Below, in pieces: positions 12,810 through 26,839 of a DNA stretch of 64,000 nt. The notes under the pieces are model-generated. The model saw nothing but the letters and a program-made list of their open reading frames with translations, was not told where the DNA came from and made no database searches. The number at the start of each line of letters is the position of its first letter. The first letter of the stretch is position 1. Position numbers and translations under genes: made by a program. The stretch comes from Mobula hypostoma (lineage: Eukaryota), in NCBI RefSeq assembly GCF_963921235.1, contig NC_086097.1, forward strand, positions 18,726,001 through 18,790,000, given 5' to 3'.

Positions 12810-13270
12810 ACAATCTTCTGTGTGGTGGCGTGCTAGTGCAATGGCATCAACATGGGTGTTGCCAGTAGACTTAATGAACTGATTAGAAAGGCTGGCTCTG
12901 TTACAGGAGTCAACCTGGGCACACAGGAGGTTGTTGTAGAACAAAGGACCCCGTGGAAAATCCTGGCAATTCTGGACCATGTTTCTCATCCTCTGCCTGC
13001 TACCTTGGCTGAACAGGGGAGCACTTTTAGTATTGGACAAAGACAACTGCACTGCTCCAAAGAGCATTCTATGGGAACATTTTTGCCCTCAGCCATTAGG
13101 CTCTACAATGAGTCAACCTATAGACGGGAAAGTGTTGACTGTTAAACTGTTTGGGGCAACTTATTTTTTATTCTTTCTTTCTTCTCTTCTAGTATCTGTA
13201 TGTTCATATATCTGTGAACTTGCAATGCTACTGTGATGCTATAATTTCCTTTGGGATCAATAAATTATCT
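12810..13270 (+). mobile_element. Rex1/Babar-type LINE 3' fragment nested in a minus-strand CR1 3' remnant (~12640-13500)
   Basis: LNELIRKAGSV...HPL...FLPSAIRLYN C-terminal signature (ORF 12852-13145). The flanks translate to CR1 C-terminal motifs (SYKERLDGLHLFSL). Confidence 0.7.
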
Positions 13271-13719
13271 AACTATCCATGAAGAATGTTCCCTACTATT
13301 AACTTTACATTGCCCTCATAATATTGTCTACCTCTATTAGAAGTAACTTCAGACTCCTCTGTGCAAGGAAAACAAATGCAGCCCATCCAACCTCTCTTTA
13401 TAACTGAAGTGCTCCAATCCTGGTCCTTTGGTAGCCTCTCTAGTGCAATCATGTTCTTCCCACAGTGTGGCAACCAGAAGCCTAGTGCAGCATAGAAATA
13501 ATAACACGGAGTGAGGGGGTGGATCCAAAGAGGATTTTATACATAAAGCCAAAGAAGGGCCAATAGTCCAGTGTTCCTGGTGGAAGAGGGGAGCACTGGA
13601 GAGAAGCAAAGTTCATGCTCCCGTTTAAATATGGAAGCAAGGTTCTATCTAATAATTGTAGGCTAGTGAGGTTCAAAAACTTGAGGAAGCCATTCGAGAA
13701 ACAAATTCGGACAAAATTG

Positions 13720-14110
13720 ATAGTTACTTAGACAGAGTAGGTTAATAAAGAAAAATCCAAGCCAATCTATGAAAGACAAATATTGTGTGACTAACTTAAT
13801 TGAATTTTTAACTGTGAGAGTTGATGAGTGCATTGTATTTGATGCTGTGTATGTGACCTTTCAGAAGGTGTTTGACAAAGTGCTACATAATAGGTTTATC
13901 AGCAAAGTTGCAAAGCTTGCATTAAAAAGGTTACTGAAGCAAGGATATGAAATGAGCTTTGAGAGAGGAATGATTTTTTTTCAGGCTAAAGCATGTTACT
14001 CCCAAGGGTTGGTGTGATGCCCACTAATTTTCTGGATATATATTTATAGATTGCGTTTATGTATTCCTGGCAGAACTATTGAAAACTTCTTGAGGACACA
14101 AAACTTGGAA
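13720..14110 (+). mobile_element. old CR1 RT fragment
   Basis: CVTNLIEF...DAVYVTFQKVFDKVLH (ORF 13769-14017). Confidence 0.7.
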
Positions 14111-14674
14111 GAATGAAGAAAGAGTGATGGACTTGAAGAAGGTAGAAGTCAATAAATTGGGAGTCCTGACGAAATGTAACCCAAAAAATAGGGGGCACAT
14201 CCCTCCTCATCATGGATTGTACTCACAGGGCACGCTGCATCAAGAATCCATTGTCCACTATAAACGATTCCCATGATCTGGGCCATACAGTCTATTCACA
14301 GCTACTCTCAAGCAGGAGGTACAGAAGCCTGAAGTCCAAAATCACCAGGTTCTAGAACAGCCTTCAACAATTCAGTTCTTGAAACAATTCGCAGAACTAC
14401 AGTTTAGAAACACTATAACCACTTTGATCACTTCTCACTTTGCAGTACCTTGGACATTGTTGTTCTAAATGAGTTCTTTTGTAAAATTGTATTTAAGCTA
14501 TGTTTAATTCATGTTTTTCTTGTGACTGTGGCTTATATGATGCTATTCGCCTGTAATGTTGCGGCAAGTAAGTTTTTTATTATACCTGTGCATACATGTA
14601 CTTATGCAGATGACAATAAACTCCACTTTAAATTTGGCTTGGAGTTGTGGTGATATTAAGAACAGAGTAAGAGA

Positions 14675-16700
14675 GTCATAGAAACCTCCAGCACAGAAGA
14701 AGGACCTTCAGCCCATCTACTCTGTGGCTAACTATTGATCTGCTTAGACCCATTGACCCGGACCCGGTCCATAGCTCCATAGCCCTCCATATCCCTCCTA
14801 TCCATGTACCAATCCAAATTTCTCTTAAGTGTTGAAATGAAAACCCACATCCACCACTTCTGCTGGCAGCTCCTTCCACATTCTCACCACCCTGTGAGTG
14901 AGGAAGTTCCCCCTCATGTTCCCCTTAAATCTTTCACACTTAACCTATGACTTCTTGTTCCAGTCTCACCCAACATCAGTGGGAAAAGCCTGCTTGTGTT
15001 TACCTTTTCTATACCCCTCAAATCTCTGTACCTCTGTCAAATCTCCCCTCATTCTCCTCTTCTTTAGGGAGTCAGATCCTAACCTGTTCAACCGTTTCTG
15101 TGACTCAGGTCTTCAAGTACTGCCAACATCCTTGTAAATTTTGTCAGCACTATTTCAATTTTATTGGCATCTTTTCTATAGGTAAGTAACCAAAAGGGCA
15201 CACAGTACTCAAAATTAGGCCTCACCAAGGTCTTACACAACTTCAATATATCTCTCAACTCAATTTATGAAGGTCAATATGCCAAAAGCTTTCTTTGTTA
15301 CTTTATTTACCTGTGATGCCACTTTCAAGGAATTATGGATTTGTATTCTATTGTGGATCCTTTTGTTCTGTTGCACTCCTCAGTGTCCTACCATTCATCA
15401 TCTAAGACCTACCCAGCTTTGCCCACCAAGGTGCAAAACCTCACACTTGTCTGCATTAAGTTCCATCTGCCACTTTCAATCCTATTTTTCCAGCTGGTAC
15501 AGATCTTGCTGCAAACTTTAATAGCTTTCCTCGCCATCCACTATGTCCCCAATCTTGGTGTCATCCACAAATTTACTGATCCAGTTTACCACATTGTCAT
15601 CCAAATGATTGATATAGATCACAAACAACAATGGACCCAAAACTGATCCCTGCGGCACACTATGAGTCACAGGCCTCCAGTAAGAAAGGCAACCCTCTAC
15701 TATCACTCTCTTCCTCCCTCTGTGAAACCAATGACTGATCCAATCTTCTATCTCATTTGAATGCCAAGCAACTGGACCTCCTTGACCAACATGTATACTG
15801 TAATCGACTTATTTATTTATTTATTTATTTATTATTACTATTTTTTTTTCCTTCTATATTATGTATTGCATTGAACTGCTGCTGCTAAGTTAACAGATTT
15901 CATGATACATGCCGGTGATAATAAACCTGATTCTGATTCTGAACCTCCCATGTGGGATCTTGCAAAAGGCTTTGCTAAACTCCATGTAGACAAAATCCAC
16001 TGCCTTGCCTTCATCAACTTTCCTGGTAGCTTCCTCAAAAAACTCTGTAAGATTTGTTAGGCATGTCCTACAGCAAACAAAGCCATATCCCCAATCAGTT
16101 CCTGTCTATCAAAATATTTATATATCGGGTCCCATAGAGTATCTTCCCACTGCTAATGTCAGGCTGACTGGTCTATAATTTCCTGGCTTACTCTTCGAGT
16201 GTTTTGCAAACAAAGAAACATCATTAGCCCTCCTCCAATGCTCCAGCACCTCACCTGTGACTAAGGATACCAGCAGCTGCAGATTTTCTCTTGTTTTAAG
16301 TATCCCTGTTATGTCCCCGCAATTTCTGTACTAGCCTCACACAGGGTCTGAGGGAGCACATTGTCAGTCCTTGGTGATTAATCCACCCTAATTTGCCTCA
16401 AGACAGCAAACACCTCCTCCTCTGTAATCTGTATACAGTCCATGACCTCACTGCTGCTTTGCCTCTCATCTCTAGACTCTATGTTCTTCTCCCGAGTAAA
16501 TACAGATGCAAAAATTCCATTTAATATCTCACTGAACTCTTTTGGCTCCATGCATAGATTATCCTCTGATCTTTCAGAGGACCAGTTTTGTCTCTTGCTA
16601 TCCTTTTGCTCTTAATATACCTGTGGAATCCCGTAAGATTCTCCTTCACCTTGTCTGCTAGAGCAACTTTATGCCTTTTTTTCGCTCTCCTGCTTTCCTT
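14675..16700 (-). mobile_element. decayed CR1 LINE ORF2 (RT to 3' end) with small internal insertions
   Basis: SVPQGSVLGPLLFVIYINHLD...KFVDDTKIG (ORF 15518-15706) and a CR1-type 3' end at ~14680. Confidence 0.8.
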
Positions 16701-16824
16701 CTTTCCGATGTTTCTAAGCTTTATAAGAGTTCAACCATGATCTGCAATAAGACAGGTAGCTAAGATCCAATAAACAAATATCTTTATCTTGCTTCAAGTT
16801 GTATCTTCTATAAAGCCATCTCCA

Positions 16825-19300
16825 ATCTTGAGCAACACACACAAAAATGCTGGAGGAACTCAGCAATTCTAGCAGCATCTGTGGATGGGAATAAACAATC
16901 GTTTCAGGCCAAGACACTTCATCAGGACTGGAAAGGGATAGGACAGAAGTCAGAATAAGAAGATGGGAGGAGGGGCAGGAGTACAATCTGGCAGGTGATA
17001 GGTGAGAGGGAAAGTGTGTGGTTCTCAGTTAGTCAACCTGAGCAAGATCTTTCTCTGACAGTTTCCCTCAGCTGTCATTTCTACCTCAAGAATTCCTTTT
17101 TCCTTTTAACCATGTGGGGACAGAGAGGTTATTTCTATGGAGTTTTGTATTTTGCAGAAAAGAAAGCAAATAAGCCAAGAATGTTGTGATGGCCTGTCTG
17201 AGTCGCTGCCACAGCTCCAGGATTCTCTCTCCTCTGCATGCAATGAACCTTTCCAATACTTTATCCCCCGTTGGATCCACACTTTCAATTGTCAGTGCTT
17301 CGCCTTCCTCACCTCCAGCAAGGATTGGAAGATCGTCAGTCTGCTGACCACAGAACCCGTCATCTCCAATGCCGGCAGCCCTGGATGTCCCCAGACCACG
17401 ATCCCAGCTGTCGCTCGCTTGGACTTTGATACCATTGGACACCTCCAGATTGTGAATCTCTCCAAATCCATCCATGGCTCTGATGGCTGTGGACACCCCC
17501 ATACTGGTGACACTAACTTCACCAACACCGGTTCCAGCGATCCCGAGTGGATTCAGATCCTGGATTCCAGCACAGTTAATACCAATTCCAATTACCCCAG
17601 ACTGCCAGTTGTGCAGCCTCTAACTCTGATTCCAACCTGGACCTTGACTGACAGCACATCCAGGCTGCCACTGGAACCCCAGTCTCTCCTTCCTCCACCA
17701 CCACTCTGTAATCCTGTGTCTCTCAGGCCTCACCGTCTGCTCTTGGGTCCACAGAGCCTCCATCTTCCTCCCACCGCATCTTCCCCGAATACCCTAACTC
17801 TTCTCACCCCTCAGACATTACCAACCCTCTTCCCACTCTCTTCCCAGCTCTCATCAGTGCCAAGTCTTCACAATTCCCCCTGACCTTCCCCTCTCTGAGA
17901 CAGAATGTTCATTCCTCAGTAAGGGCCTCACCTTTGTCCCCCTGCGCCCACACCTCAGTGAGTTCTGTGCCCACCATGACGCCGAACTCTTCTTCCGCAG
18001 CCTCCGTCTCCATGCCTACTTCTTTGGCAAGGGCTCTCCAGCCCGCATCGATGACTCCTTCTCCTGTCTTCAACTATCCTCCTCTTCCTGGATACCCTGC
18101 TCTGCTCTTCTACCTGCTCTGGATCATTTTATCACTAGCCACCAACGAGACATCAACCGTCATGACTTTAACACTGCTCTCTCCAGTTCTAACCTCATTC
18201 CCTCTGAATGCCCTGTTCTCCACTCCCTTCACACTGATCCCAACCTCACCATCGAACTTGCAGATAAGTTGGGGGGCGGGTGCTATAGTAGTCTGGTGGA
18301 CAGACATCTATCTTACTGAGGCCTGGTGGGAACTCTCAGACACCTCCTCTTACTTACCCCCTGAACAGGACCCCACTAAGGAGCACAAGGCCATTGTCAC
18401 CAGCACCATCACTGACCTTATCAACTCTGGGAATCTCCTGACCACTGCTACCAACTTCATAGTTGCCTTACCTCACACCTCCAAACCAAGATCCTGAAAC
18501 CTGCCTGTCCAGGAAAACCCATTGTTTCTGCCTGTTCCTGCCCACCTAACTTGTGTCTATGTACCACGACTCTGTTTTATCCCATCTGGTTCAGTCCCTC
18601 CTTCCTGCATCCATGAAACATCACACACTCTTGACCTTTTCAATGACCTTAAGTTCACTGGCCCTAATAGTCTCATTTTCACTGTGGATGTCCAGTCCTT
18701 ATACATCTCCATCCCCCATCAGGAGGGCCTTAAAACTCTCCCAACTGGACACCAGTCCCAACCTGTTCCCCAACACCACCACGCTCCTCTGTCTGGGAGA
18801 ACTGGTCCTCACCCTCAATAATTTCTCCTTCGGCTCCTCCCACTTCCTTCAAACCAAAGGTGTAGCCATGGGCACTCACATGGGTCCTAGCTATGCCTGC
18901 CTTTTCATCGGCTACATGGAACAGCCCATGTTCCAAGCCTACACCGGCATCGACCCCCAACTCTTCCTACGTTACATCAACGACTGCATTGGTGCTGCTT
19001 CCTGCACCCATGCCAAGCTCTCCAACTTCATCGACTTTGCCTCCAACTTCCACCCTGCCTTCAAACTTACTTGGTGGCCCATTTCCGACACCTCTTCCCC
19101 TTTCTTGATCTCTCTGTCTCCATCTCTGGACACAGTCTATCTATCCACTGATATCTTTTATAAACTCACTGACTCTCACAGCTATTTGGACTATACCTTT
19201 TCCCAACCTGTCACACATAAAAATGCTCTTCCCTTCTCTCAATTCCTCCATCTAAACTGCATCTGCTCTAAGGATGAGGCTTTTCATTCCAGAACAACTG
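16825..19300 (+). mobile_element. Penelope-like element, long N-terminal + RT region, frameshifted and 3' truncated; minus-strand terminal-repeat piece at 16825-17000
   Basis: LSKGLTFVP N-terminal motif near 17915. KGVAMGTHMGPSYA and LRYINDCIG RT motifs (ORF 18553-19308). Confidence 0.88.
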
Positions 19301-19334
19301 GTTTGTGATTGTCACATGTACTAAGATACAGAGA

Positions 19335-20040
19335 TGGTGGGGTGGAGATATGTCTCCACCAAAGGAGGTATAAGGTGCTCCTTCCCTCTGCTAGCCTGCT
19401 CGTCACCCTTGGACAAGGTGTAACACCTGCCTAGCACCACCCCCCCCCTCCAACAGATTAGGTTCATCTGAAGCCATGGGATAAGGTTGTGGATAGCTGT
19501 ATGAGCAGCTGGTGCACATCACAGGTCCTGGTTATGCAACCACTGATGCCAAGCAAACAGTCTCTGAAGTGTATTGATAATGGCTGGGATCCCCCATCTT
19601 GTGAAGACACTCCCCAGAAGAAGACAATGGTAAACCACTTCTGTAGAAAAATATGTCAAGAACAATGGAAAGTCCATGATTGCCTACGCCATAATGAACA
19701 AATGAACCAAGATACTGAGGGTGGAATGAGAGTGTAGCATAACGCTTTACAGTACCAGCCATCCAGGTTCAATTCCCACGGCTGTCTGTAAGGAGTTTGT
19801 ATGTTTTCCCCATGATCATGTGTGTATTCTCCAGGTGCTCCAGTCTCCTCCCCATACCAAGGTCAAATGGGTTAGGGTTAATAAGTTACAGGCATGCTAT
19901 GTTGGCACTGGAAGCATGGCAACACTTTCAGGCTGACCCCAGAACATCCTCGGATTTTATTGGTCATTGACGTAAACGATGCATTTCACTGTACTGCACG
20001 TTTCAATGTCTCGATGTACATGTGACAAATAAAGATAATC
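19335..20040 (+). mobile_element. two adjacent short repeats (same families as 1940-2315 and 1795-2450)
   Basis: Direct sequence similarity to the other copies in the window. Confidence 0.6.
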
Positions 20041-20574
20041 ATATTCTATACAGTGGAAAGCTTTTGTCTGCATGCTAACCAGACAGATTATGTTGAGGTA
20101 GTATAAAAAAACAGAATGCAGTATATAGTGTTAAAGTTTAAAGAAAATGCAGTATGGGAAGATAAATGAAGTGCAAGGGCTATGACAACAAAGATTGGGA
20201 GATCATCTTGAGTGGGTCTCTTACAACAGCAGGGTGGAAGCTATCCTTGAGTGATGGTAAGTGCTTTCAAGTCTTTATTTCTTCTGTCTAATGAAAACGT
20301 GGAGAACAGGGAATGACTAGAGTGGGAGGGGTCCTTAATTATATTGGCAGCTTATGGCCAGAAAGACTTCTTTCCACACTCCCTTCCATTGGTGCACCTC
20401 CCATCTAAGTGGTACAGTCCCTATCTCTCTCCAAATCTCTAACCCTATACAGAAGCCGTTCAATGCTATAGAGCTCCTTCCATAATGACGTGGAAATTCA
20501 ATCCAAGTTAGACCACAGACACTGGAGCAAAATTAGGCCATTCAGAGTATTCAGTCTGCTCCACCAGTTGATAA

Positions 20575-21158
20575 CACAAAATAATCTGCAGATGCTGTTG
20601 TCAAAGGAACACTCACAATACGCTGGAGGAACTCAGCAGGTCAGTCAGCATCAGTTGAAAAGATTAGTCGACGTTTCGGGCCAAAACCCTTCGTCAGGAC
20701 TGAAGGAAGAACTTTGGGGAGGGTTTGAAGAATGCTGGTAGTTGAAAAAAAACAGTAATTTTTAAGACAAAGGGGTGGGGGAGGGGAAACAGGGAGGTGA
20801 TTGGCAGGAGAACAATAGTAGAAGGAGGCGGAACTATGAGGGAGGTGATGTGAAATAGGGTTAGGGGAAGGGAGGGGGAGGGAATTACCGGAAGTTGGAG
20901 AATCTATGTTCATACCAAGGGGCTGGAGACTACCTAGAGGGTATATGACGTGTTGCTCCTCCCTCCTGAGTTTAGCCTCATCATGGCAGTAGAGGAGGCC
21001 ATGTATGGACATATCTGAATGGGAATGGGAAGCAGAGTTGAAGTGGGTGGCTACTGGGAGATCCTGTCTGTGGTGGTGGACGGAGTGGAGGTGCTCGACG
21101 AAGTGGTCCCCCAATCTGCGTCGGGTTTCACCGATGTAGAGGAGGCCGCACCGGGAGC
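20575..21158 (-). mobile_element. Penelope-like 3' end (GIY-YIG + hammerhead-bearing terminal repeat)
   Basis: SRCGLLYIGETRRRLGDHFVEHL in ORF 20641-21189. Intact hammerhead core at 20666-20702. Confidence 0.88.
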
Positions 21159-21536
21159 TTCCAGCGCCGCAAACTTGCCAATGCAGCATCCTGGAAGCAC
21201 CCGACTATAGTCCAACTCTGAGTCGTCCGAAAACTTCGAGCCTCCAACCAGCCCTCCGACACTGAGCACCGTGCACCATCTCTGCCCAGCGCTTTGACCC
21301 CAGCCCTGGTCACCAGCAACAGGAAAAGCCGAGGATTTGGGGCCTTCCCTCCAGAGATTCTTAATCGCACAGTAGCAGTGGCAGTGAACCGGGCATTTCA
21401 GAAGTTTCTCCAGATGTTCCTCCGTGCTTCTCATGTCTGTTTCCATCAAATCAGAATTGTGCACGGTACCTACTTAACAAATCATTTCATCGGAGAGGCC
21501 GCGCGCGCTGCGTCGCGCTGCCATCTTCTCCTCCCG
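21159..21536 (-). mobile_element. 5' half of a non-autonomous retroposon (same family as 35249-35908)
   Basis: Starts GGGAGGAGAAGATGGC(A/G)GCGCGAC. The conceptual translation MHNSDLMETDMRSTEEHLEKLLKCP is near-identical to that at 35339. Confidence 0.8.
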
Positions 21537-21539
21537 CCT

Positions 21540-23331
21540 GTTTGGTCTCTGGATCCAGGGCGGATTCCTTCCCCCAACCCGGCCCAGCCACCATCCCTTG
21601 CTCAGCCACACACTCACCTGAGCCAGCAGGGTGATCGATAGTGGGGAAGGCTACCTCACCGCTGTCTGCCACCTGAAGCACCACTACGGCCACTTGCCCC
21701 AACCCTCTATGTTGCATCGGGCCGCTGTGAGACTGGTGGTGTTTGTTGCTGCGCCTGCCTTTTCCATTTCCTGGAGCTGCCCTGCTGAAGAACCATGACT
21801 TCAGTGACAATGTAGAATTTTGCCCCTGGGGCACATCCTCGTGCACCCCCCCCCTTGCCTTCCAAGGGGACAGCAGGTCCAGGCCAACGATGCAGGAGTC
21901 CCGGATGTGAGCTAGCCACACCTCATGCTTCACTATGCTTTTCCCCGCTGCGATGTGTGGCCAGTTCTCCCCTCTCAATGTCACACAGTCGCCGGTGACC
22001 ATAACGAGCTGGACCAGCGTTGTTGACCACCCTGGTGGGGATGCCTGGTCCGTGTTGGGGAGGACACCTGGACAGATGATGGTGATGGTTGGCCCCATGT
22101 CCACCAATGCATGACATCTGACGCCCTCCACCACTCAGTCCATGTACAAGCCTTGCTCTTCACTCCAAATGGATCCCTGGGGAAGTGACATTAGGTGACA
22201 CCGCCCGCTCGCTGTTTCCCAACGCCTGTGCTGGGCTGTGGTGCAGCGCTAGTGAGAGGCTCGAGAGCCTTGGGGGGCTAAGATTGCTTCTGCCCTCTCC
22301 GCTCGGCCAGCGATGATGGCGATGTCAGGGGAACATGCTGCCGGAGGCATTCCAGCGCCGGCACCTTTACAAAGGCGTGGAGGGCAAACTCTTCCTGAGC
22401 TGCCGTCGGGAACTGGGGTTGACCATGCTGAGCACAGTGGCAGAGATCGGCTGCAAATGGACTCAGCTTTTCTCCCACACGGCATTGCCTGCTGCCCTGG
22501 TCTTCCCTCATTTGCCCGAAAGCCCACTCCAACGCCGCTACGAGAGCCCGGTAGTCACGCTGCTCAGCTGGCTTTAGGTCAGGAAGAGCCCACAGGGGAT
22601 CCCCCTCCAGCGCCAGGGCAAGGTGCACCACCGTCTTGGTGAGGATCCATCCATTGTGCCATACGACAAGTTTGACTTGTGCCAGGTCAGGCTGCAGGTG
22701 GCTGGCATCATTGCATTTGGGGAGCTTCAGAGTGGACCTCGTGGAGTGAATTACTGAGGTCTGTCAGTCTTCCTCTTTCTCCAGTGGTGTTGGTGGTGCC
22801 TGCCCGTTTTCCCATCTTCCCATGGCTGCAGCGTCTTGAGTTCCCCGTCGCAGCCCACGAGGAAGGCGGGCGATGCGCTCTGCCGTGTACCCTGGGTTGC
22901 AAAGCCTGGGTATGCCCAGCTCATCAGGATTCCCTGGGAAGCAACACTCTTTGGTCCCCAGGTTCTCCTCCTCCGTCTTCAGGAACGGCATACTACTTGG
23001 TCCTTCAACTTATTCCTCAGGTTTAAAGGCACTCCATCCAATGTCACAGCTCTTCAGTCCCATTGCCCCGGTTACAGTCAGGGTGGCCCACAAACACACG
23101 TGTGAATAACTATATAACCCGGGATGAAATGCAACAATAAATGGACTTGAACATCTCACCATAATCCCACAAATGTATTTTAAAGGAGAACAATAAATAG
23201 TGCTGGCTCCAGGAATGCTGGGGTGAGCTGCTGACTACGCATTCCGCGCCCCCCCCCCACACCCAGAGTGCCATAGCGTCTTACTATTAATACAAGCCTG
23301 ATCCAGTCAGAATATCACAAATTATGTTACA
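21540..23331 (-). mobile_element. Gypsy-type LTR retrotransposon remnant (gag, aspartic protease; RT apparently deleted; possible LTR ~23042-23331)
   Basis: Gag-like HLALALEGDP...DYRALVAALE (ORF 22278-22631) and protease-like CHALVDMGPTITII...CIVGLDLL (ORF 21487-22134). A TGT...ACA-bounded segment upstream is only a tentative LTR. Confidence 0.72.
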
Positions 23332-23754
23332 ACCGATCCGTTATTACAGATAGGACAATCCATAATCACCATCTGAATATAATAATAGAGTAAACAAGCA
23401 AAAACAACTTATTTAATCAATATAGCCATTCCAAACACACATAACTTACAGAAATCAATAAGAGAGAAACACCAGAAATATGATGAATTAAGAGGAATTT
23501 GAAAGACTTTGGAACATGAATGGGGTATACATTGTCTGGATAGTAATATCTACAACTAATATCATCCCAAAGGTACTACACAATAGCATTAAACAATTAG
23601 GGCTGCACAGTAACATTTATGTAAATCTTCAGAAAGCCACAATATTAAACACCACTAGAAGAGTCGGAGAATTCCGAGCAATTGACAAATGAATGTGCTT
23701 GGCTATGCCCGTACCTCAGGTTTTACCAGTCTGAGCTGAGAAAAAATAAATTGC

Positions 23755-24510
23755 AATAATGATAATAATAATAATAATCTTTATTTAGAGAGCACTTTTC
23801 AAACAGGTGATGTCATTCAAAATACCTTACAATGGGATTAAAGTACAACCATGAAAATAAAATAAAATAACATGAAGATAAAAGTCAGAAATGAGGTTAA
23901 TTAAAAGCAAAGTTAAACAAGTGGGATTTGAGCTGACAACCAAGTCTGCATCCTGTATAGTTTTAGGTATTAAATTCCACAGTTTAGCTGCATAGTTCAA
24001 AAAGCTGGCCTGCCAATTTTCTATCTTTGGAGGGAGATAGATCAAATTTAAGAGACTGGCAGAAGAAGCCGTGAGAGCTTGAACAGGATTATAAAACGAA
24101 AATGATTCTGTGATGTACTCCAGAGCCAGAACATTAAGAGCTTTGAAAACAAGTAATAGAACTTTAAAATCAATTCTAAAAGTTACAGGAAGCCAATGCA
24201 GAGTAGCTAGCATGGGAGTGATATGTTCCCTCATCCTGGTTTTGGTTAATATCCTAGAAGCAGTGCTCTGAATCAGCTGAAGTTTGTCAATTGCTTTGGA
24301 AAGTGCATTGCAGGAACCTAGTCTACTCAATATAAAGGCGTTCATTAGTTTTTCAGCTTCATTACATGACATAAACGAGCATACCTTTGCAATATTTCTT
24401 AAGTGTAGAAGTGCTGCTCTGATCACTTTCTTTATGTGGGATTTAAACTTCAAGTCTGAGATGAGGATAACACCCAGGCAAGTTACTTCTGTTTCTGCAG
24501 GGAGGTCCAA
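23755..24510 (-). mobile_element. L2-clade LINE 3' fragment
   Basis: LGVIL.SDLKF...LRNIAKV...HITPMLATLHWLPVTFRIDFKVLLLVFKAL (ORF 23827-24594) and a (TTA)n tail at ~23755-23778. Confidence 0.85.
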
Positions 24511-26839
24511 GCTCCCAAGATAAAAGCACCCAATCACTTGGCTGCCACAGCCATCTGAGGCAATGAATTCCACAGATTCACCACACTCTGGCAATAGAAA
24601 TTCCTCCTTATTTCTGTTGTAAATGGATGCCCTTCTGTACTCTGGTCCAAGACTCTCCCACCGTTGGAAACATCCTCTCCATGTTCACTCTATCTATTTC
24701 AACATTTGGTAAGTGGTTATTTGCTTTATGAAGAAAGTCACTTTCAAATGTCCACAAGCAGCTCAGCAGTGATGCACTATTCAATCGATTACCAAACAAG
24801 ATATTAAAGTTTGGGGAAATCAAAATCATTTGAAGATTCAGTCTTTTCCATCTTGCAGCCTTCCTCTCTAGCCTTGCTGAAAATCAACATCTCTTTTCCT
24901 GTCACTGTTCCATCTTTTCTTCCTTTCTCATTTCTCCCCGTCCCTATCCTATTCACCTCTTCTTTTCTCATTTATCGTCCTGTTTCCTTCATTCCTTCTT
25001 CTCATTGCGGAGAGGCTCGCAGATCTATCCCCATGTGATTCGAACATCTAATTTAGCTCAGGCTTAAAGCAATTCGGAGGTTGTGAAGAAAAATGTTTGG
25101 GAATGCTAACGGCATTCTTGGCCGACGCTGAATTTTTCAGGTTGGGAAATGGCTTTTGATTTTACGGGGCGCAAGGGTGATCTGGCAAAGCCTCACTAGC
25201 AATTTATCATCACCAAGCCTCACAGAACAAGGTGGGTGAGAGCTTGCTGATAGAACCCACAACCCAAGAGTTGCAGTAAAAATGATTTGCGGACCAAAGA
25301 GCATGAAAAATATATATATGTATGAGGTGCTGGCTGTATATTGTAATGCACAGAGGGGCCTCTGCCACTAGTGCTTCAGATAAGCTTTGATGATTTATAA
25401 AACCTGTGGGTCCACTATAATGTAAAGTTGAATAAGGCAGAAGATGGATTATTTGACCGTGATAATAACATGGCCAGATCACAGCCAGCAATCCAGTTTT
25501 ATTGGCGGAAGGTCGCATCCTGTTACCTTTTGTAGTTGTGGTTTGGTGACTGATGATGGGGTCTCCACATATTTGCCCCAGCAGTGCATTTGTAAATCAA
25601 CAGAGGCAGTGAACAAGCAAGCATCTGACTGACTTCCCAGGTGACCCAGCTTGTAGCTTGACAGGACCTTTGAAGTAATCAGAGAAGAGACCAGCAGGGA
25701 GGAGGAGCATGTGGCCCTGCCGTGGATTCAAAAATTGATTGCAGCAGCAGACTGCCTTCACAGTCACTGCATTGTGTTACCTACAGATAACCAGGTCAAG
25801 GAGATCTGTGTTAGAAATCCTGAATAATCCAGGGTGAGGTTTTAGGCTGCAATATATATTTATAAATATATATACGGCATTTATCTATTTATTTATTTAT
25901 TTATTTAGAGATACAAAACAGGTCCTTCGACCCCAACGAGCCACACCATCCTGAAACACACCTATTTTAACACTAGCCTAATGACTGGTCAAAGGAGGTG
26001 GGCTGGAGATACATCTTTACCAAAGGGGGTGTAAAGTGCTACATCCCTCTGCTAGCCTGCAGGTTATTCCTGAGCAAGGTGTAGCATCAGCTTATTCCAT
26101 CCACCCTCCCCGCCCCCACCGATCAGGGTCAGGTGAAGCCATGGGAGCAGGCGGTGGATGGTCGTGTGAGCAGTTGGCGCAAGTCACAGGTCCTGGTTGT
26201 GCGACCACTGATGCCAGGCAGACAATCGCAGAAGAGTATTGATAATGGCTAGGGTCACTCATCTTGTAAAGACACTGCCCAGAAGAAGGCAATGGCAAAC
26301 CACTTCTGTAGAGAAATTTGCCAAAAACGTCCATGGTCATGATCGCCTACGTCATACAACACAGCACATAATGAACGAACGAATCACAGGACACTTTACG
26401 ATGACCACTTAACCTACTTATCTGTATGTCTTTGGACTGTGGGAGGAAACCGGAGCACCCAGAGGAAACCTACATGGTCACGGGGAAAATGTACAAACTC
26501 TTTGCAGATGAAACCAGAATTAAGATACGAACTCCGGAATGTTCTGAATTGAAATAACATCATGCTAACCACTATGCTAACATGGCACAATATCATAGGG
26601 AGGGTCAGGATGGCTACTAGATAAGAAATGGTTGCGTAATGAATATCAATATGGTTGTGGAACAATCCACCTCGTTAAGATCTTGCACCTTATTGTCTAC
26701 CTGTACTACACGTTCCCTTCAGCTCAGAATCATGTTGAATATCACCGGCATTTGTCATGAAATTTGTTAATTTTACAGCAGCAGTATGATGAGTTACATG
26801 ATTGATAAATATAAAGAAAAGGACTGAGTTACATTAGGC

